Source: Octopus sinensis (Eukaryota). From it: 64,000 nt of DNA. The stretch covers positions 65,162,001 to 65,226,000 of the forward strand of contig NC_042999.1 of NCBI RefSeq assembly GCF_006345805.1, given 5' to 3'. The notes below the pieces were generated by a model that saw only the letters and a program-made list of their open reading frames with translations, had not been told where the DNA came from and did no database searches. Below, in pieces: positions 1-10,320 of this stretch. How positions within the stretch are numbered: the stretch's first letter is position 1; each line of letters opens with the position of its first letter. The translations under genes and the position numbers were made by a program.

Positions 1-296
1 GTTTCATGTCATGCTATTATGTTATTGACGAGGCATATTTATAGAATATGCCATATATCTTAAGACAATCTTTCAGGCTCTGCTTATACGTTACATATAA
101 TTCTTCGAAACAAAGACACTGCTCAATGAGAAAAAAAACGTGGAAAAAAACGTGAAGAGGGTTGCTACACAAAATGGAACAATAAAAATGAATCGAAACA
201 GCTATGTATATATATATGTATGTATGTTTCTCTATGTATAAAAATATCTATATGGAATGGAGTAGATGGAGCTAGGACACACACGAAAACGAAAAG

Positions 297-341
297 TGTC
301 GCTGAAGAGGTCGCAGATGTGTGACGAAAGATTTCCGGACA
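297..341 (+). ncRNA. Minimal type I hammerhead ribozyme-like motif (Penelope pLTR type)
   Basis: TGTCG-CTGAAGA-G-GTCGCA(gatg)TGTGAC-GAAA-GATTTC-CGGACA: core CUGANGA at 302-308, 6-bp stem II, GAAA at 326-329, stem I TGTC-G/C-g-GACA with one bulge. Stem III is imperfect. Confidence 0.55.
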
Positions 342-438
342 ATGAACATGAGTTAAACTAAAAGATTAAGCGAGTGAAGAACAAATATATAGTGCTTCTG
401 ATAATTTGGCAAAAAAAGTGACCATCCTTTTATACAAC

Positions 439-461
439 TATATATATATATATATTATATA

Positions 462-512
<51 letters not shown>
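439..512. repeat. (TA)n/(TG)n compound microsatellite
   Basis: Direct inspection. Confidence 0.95.
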
Positions 513-513
<1 letters not shown>

Positions 514-891
514 TATATATGCCTTATATGGAGTGAGAGAGAAAGAGGGAGAGAAAGTGAGTACAGATAAAATTGCGTCTAATCACGTAATATAATAGGT
601 ATGTACAAACAGTGCTCAGGTGTCTTTACCATTAATACTCTGACTTGAACTGCGACTAAATATATATATTTATATATTTATATATATATGTCCGATAAAT
701 AAGGTTGTGGTTGTTTCGCATCTTCTCCCCTCATCCAGCATCCCTAATATAATATAATGATTAGGGAAATGGCTACAACAGGGCCAACGTTTAATCTGTA
801 AAAAACGCAATACGACACATCTGCAAGGCAATTAGTCGGCAATTAGTAGAAATTTACAAGACTTTAAAGTGACCGAAGATTTTGCACAGTA

Positions 892-894
<3 letters not shown>

Positions 895-979
<85 letters not shown>

Positions 980-996
980 TGTGTGTGTGTGTGTGT
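895..996. repeat. (TA)n followed by (TG)n microsatellite
   Basis: Direct inspection; source of the spurious ORF 864..1046. Confidence 0.95.
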
Positions 997-1355
997 ATAC
1001 GAGAAGTATAAATGATTAAAAATCCCGGCAGATATCTATAAAGCACTCACTGTTAAATGAGTTTGGTTAAATTTATCCAAGAATCAGATGCCATTCAGTA
1101 CAAGTAGAATAAACATCCAAAGTAATTCCTAATGCATGATAAGTAAAACCAAAATCATGTATATTTAGAAGTATTTCAAGAAACTCAGAGCATAAGTAAA
1201 AAACAAACAAACTAAGAATGGGGAAAATTACATCTTTAATTGATGATTGCACCATACGATATGGACGATCGTTTCTGCAATATGAACGCATTTAGATACA
1301 GAAAATATCAGTCAAAATATTTAATATATCCGAAAATATATGTTAGCATAACGTC

Positions 1356-1515
1356 ATGTATGTAAGTATGTATGTATGTATGTATGTATGTATGTATGTA
1401 TTATGTATGTATGTATGTATGTATGTATGTATGTATGTATGTATGTGTATGTATGTATGTATGTATTGTATGTATGTATGTATGTATGCATGCATCTATG
1501 TATGTAAGTATGTAT
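1356..1515. repeat. (TATG)n microsatellite
   Basis: Direct inspection. Confidence 0.95.
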
Positions 1516-1526
1516 ATTATGTCAGG

Positions 1527-1870
1527 TCACTTTGAAGCGCTACTGATAACCCAGTACAACCTGTCGGGTCGTCGGCGACCAAACTCGAAACTCCACCAAG
1601 CTTGCTTGGTGGGGAGGGTGTTTATTGGACACCCTGCGGGATGAAAAACAAAACCTGTCAAAGGGCGGAGGAACTCTTGCGAGTCAACGGCCATCCAATA
1701 AATGACTTGAGGTTGTGTCATGCGCGGGGACATAGAAATAATCGAACTGAATACCCAGATCGCGCGGTGAAACCATTGAGAGTGAAGGACTCCTAGCCTT
1801 TCTTAGGGCATCCTTCTAGGAGAAGGTAAGTCAGGTAACTAGGATAACTCCGACATAAAACCTCCGGCTC
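1527..1870 (+). mobile_element. GC-rich structured segment resembling the 5' UTR of an RTE-type LINE
   Basis: GCATCCTTCTAGGAGAAGG...ACTC...AAACC resembles RTE 5' UTR motifs as I recall them; several hairpins; no ORF homology. Confidence 0.35.
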
Positions 1871-2139
1871 AGTGGTTACTGATAGTGTTGACTTGTTCTT
1901 CTTTTCGGATTATGGTTGCTGTTGCTTAGTGAGTGGGATTAACTCAGTGCACAGCCTTTCCTCACTTAAAAAAAAACTCTTCTTGTACAGGCAATGCACG
2001 ATAACAACATTGATTAAGCTTCCTGCAATTGCCATACTCGATAACAGCCACCATGTATGTATGTATGTATGTATGTATGTATGTGTATGTATGTATGTAT
2101 GTATGTGTGTTTGTATTTTCAATTTTTTAATTATTATAA

Positions 2140-3420
2140 ATCTTCCACTGAAGTTGGAGCCGGTGTCCAACAAAAATACAACGCTCCACCATTGGGGTGT
2201 AGTTAATACAGACAAATTCACATTTGGAACTTTAGAAAAGTCTTGCATATTTTCACTGTTCCATTCACAGACTGCTCTTGTAATATACGAATTAGCCGGT
2301 CGATTTCTCTTTCTGAAAATCTCAGTTAATCCAGATTCTCCTTTAAGCATTTACTAACAAAACCTAGTGCTCCAATTAATATTTGTATGAATACGAATTC
2401 ATAGTCTGGATATAGAAGCTGTAGTTTTCAAAGCAGTTGTCCATGGTTATCCTCTTTTTCTTTGCTTTTCAAAGAGATATTCATATCTGCGGAGCAGCCG
2501 ACCTCTATGATGGTACATACCTTTGCCCCTCTGTCCCAAACAACAATATCCGGTCTGTTATGTTTACCTTTGACAGACGTTTGCATGGGAATATTCCACC
2601 AGTTATTCTTGAGTTGGTGTTTATGAATGTATTCCATAACAGAGGGATTTTCTATGTTTATTTCAGGACAGTCTTTTCAGGGGATGGCATTGTAAATTGT
2701 TTTAGCAACAACATAGTTTCTGTGGAAGTTCCCAGTTGTCAGGATTTTGCAGGTTTTGATATCTATGGAGTGGATTTCCTCTACAGATTCAACCAAGCAT
2801 CCCAAATGTTGGAATCAACACTGGCACTCCTCTTTTTTGTAAGAGGAGTGTTTTATTGTAAAAGTTGTGTTCCTACTGTCATATTTTCCTAAGCCTTGTG
2901 TAATATTCTTGGGTCATTCTGACTTTGTTCACAGTGCCTTCATATGATACATTTTCGTCTATACGTAGATAATTGTAACATTCTTTGTGTGGAATGGGGG
3001 AGATAGAGAGACTGTTGATGCGCAGTTTTGGGGCTTGGGTGACTGATATTCTCGTTCTACAACCAGATATGAACATTTCTTTTGGCCAAATTCCATGCCT
3101 ATATCAGCTGAAAATGTTATTAATTCCAAGTTGTCTTTTTGACATTGTTAACACTTTTAACATAACTCTTCAGGTCGTCTATAAATTATGAGTTACATTG
3201 ATATTGCTAATAGCTGAAGATCCTAGCATGTAACAATTTGTTTTCTGCAGTAGGAACGATAATGCCTTCAATGCCAAAAGGAAAAGAAGCACAGAAAGAG
3301 TATCTCCCTGGAATATTCCCTTTGAAATGCCTATACTACCAGAAGCAATTATTCTGGTCTCAGTTGTACTGGTAAGAATCGCTGTCCATGTCTTTGTGTG
3401 TCTCTCTATAGCAGCAATTA
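2140..3420 (-). mobile_element. Decayed RLE-type non-LTR retrotransposon (R4/Dong-like), RT to 3' end
   Basis: Minus-strand peptides GIFQGDTLSVLLFLLAL (RT), TCKIL..HRNYVAKTIY, RPDIVVWD..CTIIEVGC.AD..K.KEKED (PD-D/ExK restriction-like endonuclease) and C-terminal IGALG..KICKTFLKFQM* (stop at 2218-2220). Contains stops, frameshifts and an internal deletion; flanked by (TATG)n. Confidence 0.85.
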
Positions 3421-3443
3421 TGTATGCGCTTAGGTATGGATGG

Positions 3444-3476
<33 letters not shown>

Positions 3477-3518
3477 TGTATGTATGTATGTATGTATGTA
3501 TGTATGTATGTATATATA

Positions 3519-3749
3519 TATTTCTTTACTACCCACAAGGGACTAAACACAGAGGGGACAAACAAGGACAGACAAACGGATTAAGTCGATTACATCGACC
3601 CCAGTGTGTAACTGGTACTTAATTTATCGACCCCGAAAGGAAGGAAGGCAAAGTCGACCTCGGCGGAATTTGAACTCAGAACGTAACGACAGATGAAATA
3701 CGGTTACGCATTTCGCCCGGCGTGCTAACGTTTCTGCCAGCTCGCCGCC
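3519..3749 (-). mobile_element. SINE family B (tRNA head, CORE-like body)
   Basis: Reverse complement of GGCGAGCTGGCAGAAACGTTAGC...GTTCAAATTCC...CCTTTCGGGGTCGATAAATTAAGTACC...GTAGTAAAGAAATA; near-identical copies at 16665, 40868 and 50652. Confidence 0.9.
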
Positions 3750-3940
3750 TTATTGTATGTATGTATGTATTATGTATGTATGTATGTATGTATGTATGTA
3801 TGTATGTATGTATGTATGTATGTATGCATGCATGCATGTCTGTATGTATGTATGTATATATGTATGTGTATGTGCGCGTGCGTGCGCGTGCGAGTGTGTG
3901 TGTGTGAGTGTGTAAAATTGCTACTCCTAATCTCATAGTT

Positions 3941-4076
3941 AGCGGAGGCACTTGGCCTAGTGGTTAGAACAGCGGACTCGCGGTCGAGGGATCGGGGGTT
4001 CGAATCTCAGACCGGGTGATGTGTGTGTTTATGAGCAAAACACCTAAGCTACATGCAGCTCCGGCATAAGGTAATG
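3941..4076 (+). mobile_element. SINE family C 5' part (tRNA-like head)
   Basis: A-box TGGCCTAGTGG and B-box GTTCGAATC; inverted relative to the copy at 4790-5081. Confidence 0.85.
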
Positions 4077-4789
4077 TGTGTATATTCAGGTGAGTAAAAT
4101 TTATGTGACCGAAACTTTGAAGAAATACAGTTTCACCCTTGCGCGTGTGTGTGCATGTGCCCGCATGCCAGTATGTGTGGGTACGTGTGTGCATGTCGCA
4201 CAATACATCGTAGGGCTAAAGTAGAAGACACTTGTCTAAAGTGCCACGTGCAAGGACTGAACAGGAAGCCACGTCTTTGCAAAGCGAATTTCTCAAACAC
4301 CTAGCCTTGTACTCTTAAGTAGATATATTGCACAATTCATAATTTTAGTTCACATCTTAGCATCTTCGTGTCAGCGTCATAGGATGAGGTACCGAAGAAA
4401 ACAAATTTAACAAAATTTCATGGAATCCATTCATTTCGATCCTCGTGCATTCCATATCGCCAAATTTGAAGCAAAAAATCTTTAAAAGCATCGGGAATAA
4501 TTGTTTAAGAACAGCTGTTTAAATGTTTGCTTCGTAATTGGGAAATCCCCGTTTCGACCTCATTTCATTGTAAATGTATTATACTAAAGCCTCGGGTAGC
4601 TCTTCCCCTTGCCAATTAAATTGTTTTGACGGAAAGAGAGTGAATGCCCGTTGAATTGAGTGTACTTATAATGTAACGACCAGTCATGTCTCACACACAT
4701 TGCCACGCCGATTCTACTCCAGTATTGTGCTAAGAGTACGCGTGCTTGTGTATTAATGATTTTCTTTAACTATAAAATTGTTTGTTCCT

Positions 4790-5081
4790 TCTCGAGGCAT
4801 GCCTGGCCCATAAGGACCGGTTTTCCGGTTGCCTTTCTCGTATAGGTTCCCCACATGGACGGGACGGCGGTCCGTCGCAAGTGAGCTGCAAGATGCAGGA
4901 GGAAAGAATGAGAAAGTTGTGGTAAAAGAGTCAGCAGAGGTTCGCCATTACCTTATGCCAGAGCCGCATGGAGCTTAGATGTTTTGCTCATAAACAAACA
5001 CATCACTCGGTCTGAGATTCGAACCTGCGATCCCTCGACCGCGAGTCCGCTGCTCTAACCACTAGGCCAAGTGCCTCCACT
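4790..5081 (-). mobile_element. SINE family C, near full length
   Basis: Homologous to 17721-18020 and 27809 onward; tRNA head at about 5010-5081. Confidence 0.85.
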
Positions 5082-5308
5082 AACTATCAGATTAGGAGTA
5101 GCAAATTTAGTTAATCAAACAACTGAATTAGTTATCATATAAAACCAACGGAGGACCTATAAATTATACAATGCCAACTGAGTTTGCTATAGATTTGAAT
5201 TATGTATCATATCTGTGATGGTCCTTGATTTCGAGGTTTGAACTGCCTCCATAGCACTGATGCAATTACGACTGTAATTTGAGTTAAAGACCCAACGAAC
5301 ATTTTACG

Positions 5309-5532
5309 ACCACCATCACCACAACCGCCACCGCCACCACCGCCACCGCCACCACCACCGCCGCCACCACCACCACCACTACCACCACCACCACAACAAC
5401 CACCGCCGCCGCCGCCACCACCCAACATCCCAACCCGGTCGTTCCCACACAACCACCATCGCCACCACCGCACCACCACCACCACCACCACCACCACCAC
5501 CACCACCACCGCCACCACCGCCGCCACCACCC
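5309..5532. repeat. (CCA)n/(CCG)n trinucleotide tract
   Basis: Direct inspection; source of the poly-G/V/W ORFs on the minus strand. Confidence 0.95.
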
Positions 5533-5542
5533 AACATCCCAA

Positions 5543-5935
5543 CCCGGTTCGGTCCTGTGCTCCCACCCACACTGCCACACTTGCTCTTACCTCTCCAACA
5601 CCACCCTCCTCACAAGCACCTATCATCGACCATATCATATCACTGACTCCTTCACTTGCACTTCTAGCAACATCATCTACTGCATCTCCTGCTCCCTCTG
5701 TGCTTCTCTATATATAGGTCAAACGGGACGCCGCTTGGCTTACCGGTTCGCGGAACACCTCAAAGACATCAGACACGGCAACGTCAACCAGGTTTCGCGC
5801 CATCTCCGCTATACCGTTCATTCTTTACAACACCACACCACATCACCATACCCCGCGCACACTAGCATTGACCACTTCCCAGCACCTACACCATCATCCA
5901 CACACACCTACACGTGCAAACACGTTATCTGCTGA
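5543..5935 (+). mobile_element. Penelope-like element fragment encoding a GIY-YIG endonuclease
   Basis: One open frame from 5543: PGSVLCSHPHCHTCSYL...DSFTCTSSNIIYCISCSLCASLYIGQTGRRLAYRFAEHL, matching the Penelope C/H-rich linker plus the IY..YIG..R..EH motif. Confidence 0.85.
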
Positions 5936-6290
5936 AAAGGCATCTGACAAATGATCTTACCCATAGCTAGATAAATGACGGAACAAATTATTATTTCCCC
6001 TAAGGCTACTTAGTGGACATTATAATAACCTCGTGTAGATGTATTTACAAACTCTGTTTCTTATTTTAACATAAGGCTATCATTACATTCTTAGCTGATT
6101 GAGTCCTTCTCTACTTGTTAAAGTATTACCACACACACACAGGCACACACACACGGAGAAACACAAACACACATATGTATCAAGGGTTAAATAGAATGAG
6201 CGCAACAAAGAAAAGTGAGGCGAAAGCAGAGCAAACGGAAAACTAGACGAAAATTAAGGCAAAAACACTATACACGCAAAAATTCACATA

Positions 6291-6661
6291 TTCTTTCATT
6301 CATTTTGACCGCGGACATGCTGGAGCACCGCCTTAAAGGATTTCTAGCCGAAGCAATCAACCCCATGATTTATTCTTTGTAAGCTTAGTACTTATTTTAT
6401 CGATACCTTTTGCTGAACCGCTAAATTACGCGTACGTAAACACAATATCGGTTGTCAAGCCATGACGGGGGACTAACACAGATATAAAGACACACATACA
6501 GAAATATATATACTTATATATTTACGATGGGTTTCTTTTCAGTTTCCGTTTACGAAATACACACACAAGGTTTTAGTCGGAAGACATTTGCTTAATGGTC
6601 CACGCAGTGGGACTGAACCCGGAACCACGTGGTTGGGAAGCAAGCTCCCTACCATAGTGCC
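6291..6661 (-). mobile_element. SINE family A
   Basis: Reverse complement of the family A consensus (tRNA head GGTTCAGTCCCACTGCGTGG; tail GGCGGTGCTCCAGCATG.CCGC.GTCAAA.TGA). Confidence 0.85.
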
Positions 6662-6684
6662 ATATATATATATATATTTATATA

Positions 6685-6734
<50 letters not shown>

Positions 6735-6860
6735 TATATAACAATTTAGGAATGGCCTAAACAGGCCATTCGTCCACCAGAAAGAGCAGCCAGAACTCCA
6801 ACCGCCAAGTAGTGTAATTCGGAAATAAGGTGAAAATTTAAAAACATTTACCCTAATTCA

Positions 6861-6961
6861 TCTTTTATACGATGCATCGTTTCAGTGTCTTTAATGATAG
6901 ACCAGCTTAATTAAATTAAATTAAGCTAGTCTACCATAGGTCACACTTCCTCAGTAAAAGA
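6861..6961 (-). ncRNA. Type I hammerhead ribozyme
   Basis: Minus strand reads TCTTTTA-CTGAGGA-AGTGT-[about 55-nt insert with 15-bp hairpin]-ACACT-GAA-ACGATGCATCGT-A-TAAAAGA: perfect 7-bp stem I, 5-bp stem II, palindromic stem III, GUA cleavage triplet (cut between 6868 and 6867). Confidence 0.85.
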
Positions 6962-7335
6962 AACCTGGGAGAGACGGATATACACGAGGCGACTGTATCA
7001 ATGCCTCGGGAATATCTGTCTTAAAATTTTCAAGACCAACGCATTCGCGCCAAACTTATCGGCAGCAAATATAAACTGCCGATTCAATCTCAGAATTAGT
7101 CAGAAAATTATCAATTAATCAATTTAGGGTAGCAAAAAATTCAGTAAAAATTTATCGCTACCAGCGGCCTAGTGGAAAAGAGAAAATAGTCAAAGACTAA
7201 ATATGTATAAATATAACAATTTAGGAATGGCCTAAACAGGCCATTCGTCCACCAGAAAGAGCAGCCAGAACTCCAACCGCCAAGTAGTGTAATTCGGAAA
7301 TAAGGTGAAAATTTAAAAACATTTACCCTAATTCA

Positions 7336-7429
7336 TCTTTTATACGATGCATCGTTTCAGTGTCTTTAATGATAGACCAGCTTAATTAAATTAAATTAAG
7401 CTAGTCTACCATAGGTCACACTTCATCAA
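7336..7429 (-). ncRNA. Truncated second hammerhead copy
   Basis: Stem II, GAAA, stem III and the 3' strand of stem I match the first copy. The core reads TTGATGA and the 5' strand of stem I is replaced by (TA)n. Confidence 0.6.
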
Positions 7430-9285
7430 CTTATATATATATATATAAGTTCAGCAAACAATTTAGATTCAAATGAATATGGTACTTAATTTAGATGTAC
7501 CAGAATCTTTTTATGGTATTACCCATAAAAATACGGGGGGTAATTATAATAAAAAAATAAGCAACAAGAATGGGTATATATATATGAATCCCTCTCTCTG
7601 TCTACACACACACACACACACACACATGCATATCAGATATATATAGAAGGCAACAGAAAGAGTGAGAGAGGGGAGAGGATAAAAAGACGGAAGGGAGGAG
7701 AACAGAGAGGGAGAAATCAGGAGTAGGAGGAGAAATCAAATGTTTATTTCTGCATATGATATAACTATACTTATGAACCTGCGAGTGGTTCTGAGTTCAA
7801 GTCTCACCTACCACTCTCTTGATTTTGTGCTTCCAATCAATAAACCTCTGTATCTGGACTACCAATACATGCTATAATACCCGTGGTTTTGAAACTAACA
7901 ACCCAACTGATATTTTCTCAGAGGGCGCGTTAACCTATGTATGATAACCCTTTATACTCTGTATTACCGGCTCAACTCTCGATACACTTAGTTTTAAGTA
8001 TTTATTCTAACAGAAGTCAATATCTCAAGTCTATACCTGAATAGATCTATGCTGTTTGAGAGATATAATATTATAAGATAACATTTCTAAGTTGTTGTCT
8101 GATTGTCAGCTTTTCATTAGACATGTACATACATATAATTTCTTCTTAATTCGTTTAAAAAAAACATGGCGCTTATTCTCAGTTTCCCTTCCGGATGTAA
8201 CTATTGACTCTCTCGCTTATTTTTTCTTCTCTGTTAACTTTCCTCATAACAACTCGCCTTCCGTCTCTCTTTTTACTCCATATTTTCTTCTCGTATACGT
8301 TTATTTTTTTATTTTACTCTCTTTGTCTCTCTGTGTGTCTTGCTCTGAAATTCTCTTGTATTATAATAGTATCGATTTGTTTCTGTATCCAAATATACGC
8401 ATATGCACACATATAAGAATTGCATTCAATAAAGAAGAAAGAAACGCCTGCTGGTATTGGTGAATGAAAATTGCAGAGCGAGATGTAGCCCGAAGCATTT
8501 GTTCATTTTGACCGCTAAATTACCTGGGTTAATAGAATTTTCTTCCAGGCTGTCTGTTTATTATTCTAACCTCTAATAAATACGATTTTTTTCTCTCACC
8601 TATCAATGACTTTTTCCTAAGGAAGAAACTTCCTTTTTTTTCTCCCGATAAATCTTTTCTTCTATCGGAATGTATGTGAGCGTGTGTATGTGTGTTCATA
8701 TGTGTATGCGTTGATCTCTGTGTATGTTTGCTAATATCCGAGAGAGTATGCAATTTCATGTGACGTCGGTTGTGTTGTAAAGTGAAAGCAAGATTATAAA
8801 TCTATGAATAGAAGTTGTTACGTCTCTTAGCTAATTTCTAAGACTGTTACATTACGAGGTGTATATCATCGTTCTAGTCACCATCTGCTTCGTCGTCACC
8901 GTCATCATCAACATCATCATTGACTCTGAGAAAATGGGAGTAGCGAGAAAACAAAAATGCTTTCTGCGACGTATCTTTATGCCTTAGTTTCGAACCTCAT
9001 TGGGGAATAAACGTTTCGTCATCAATTTGAGGTTGAGAATAAATACTACCGAAGTAATCGATTTTAATTTTGTCGCTTATGTCCTTCCTCAAAATGTCTA
9101 GTGTCATGCTTATTAATTAACGTCTGCGTTTCACCGGAAATGTGTGTACGTTTACTTAAAATGTACAAGCAAGTTTATTATTTATTCCTATTTAGCCAAC
9201 CGCTGTATATATTAACGGAAAATAAAATAAAACACTCAGCAGATTTTGTTATATACACTGTTCATGTATATATGAATATATCATA

Positions 9286-10320
9286 GCACCGCGAGTGCCG
9301 CGTTGCTCTCAAGCAACTATGCCGTCCCGGGTCGACCTTGAGTGACTTCAACACAACCAAAGCATTCTATAGGGGATTAGTGAAGGGGAGGTAAGACGAC
9401 GATCTCGGGGCGAACCTGGGCGTCGACGAGGAATACCTGGCCCGCCTGTTCAAGAAGACTTTTGCGCCGGGACCTATGGACAACTTCCAGAGATCCCTGG
9501 CCTGGCAGTGCTACTGAGAAGTGCTACCCGTTCGGGACAAGCTTTACAGACACGGCTCGAGAAACACGGGGCCGACCTGCCCGAAATGCGGTCAGAGCGA
9601 CGAAACCGTTCTGCACGCACTCGTACAGTGTCCAACTATTTGCGACCTGTGGGCTTATGTCGAACGACTGCTGTCACGTGTGGGACGAGTTGGTATATCA
9701 GCCGAGTCTATCGTCAATATCGTCACCCCTCCTTCCTTCAAACGAGAAGGAAGAGATATTTTCATCATACTTGTGGCTATGGCAAAAGAATGTATCTCGT
9801 GGACGCATCTGAAAGGATTAGAAACAAACACTTTCCTCTCTGGTCAATCTCTCATCAACTTCTTCAAGTATCACTTGAAAAGGAAAGTGAGAGTAGAAAG
9901 GCAAGTTTTGTCTAGCGAATGTTTAAAGAAAAGATGGGTGAATGTAGCAAGGATGGCACGTATGAATGACGAAGCCACCTTGCGCATAATCCTGTGAACC
10001 CGGAAAAATTTAAAACAGAGAGTTACTTACTTGCAAATAAATGTGTTAACATGTGACATTATTGACCGAGGTTACTACTGTGGTCTTTTCCGTAGGCTTC
10101 TCTTTCCACGGATAAACCTTATCTGTTTCCCCCATTACACTTTACATCATGACATTTCTGTGATACACGATCACTGTTGATCGTTTTTTTTTGTTCTCTC
10201 TTTCCTTTTTACGATCCCTTTTGATCGAAAACCTACCCTTTTTTATCCCCTAAAAGAAAAGCTATACTTTGTAATCTGTCCCGTCTGTGTTCAGCCTTGT
10301 GTGGCTAATAAAGAAACATA
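9286..10320 (+). mobile_element. 5'-truncated L1/Tx1-like LINE (ORF2 C-terminus with CCHC finger, plus 3' UTR)
   Basis: FQRSLAWQCY*EVLPVRDKLYRHGSRNTGPTCPKCGQSDETVLHALVQCP (zf-RVT-type). The 3' end GTGTGGCTAATAAAGAAACATA is shared with copies at 55451-57276. Confidence 0.9.

Larger units (their letters stand above)
6741..7429 (-). mobile_element. Non-coding hammerhead-bearing unit of 475 bp plus a partial tandem copy (pLTR/retrozyme-like)
   Basis: 6741-6949 is repeated, apparently identically, at 7216-7424 (period 475). It contains a hammerhead, has no recognisable ORF and is flanked by (TA)n on both sides. A homologue lies at 58448-58785. Confidence 0.8.

Noticed and set aside
3941-4015. tRNA-like A/B boxes here and at other SINE heads
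   Set aside because: No complete cloverleaf with a 3' acceptor strand; each continues into a multi-copy SINE body.
5925-5965. CTGAAAAGGGCATCTGACAAA downstream of the GIY-YIG frame as a pLTR hammerhead
   Set aside because: Core and stems are too degenerate to support.
6741-7429. Direct repeats as a CRISPR array or retroviral LTR pair
   Set aside because: Only two long copies, with no repeat-spacer periodicity, no TG..CA ends, and no PBS/PPT or internal gag-pol.
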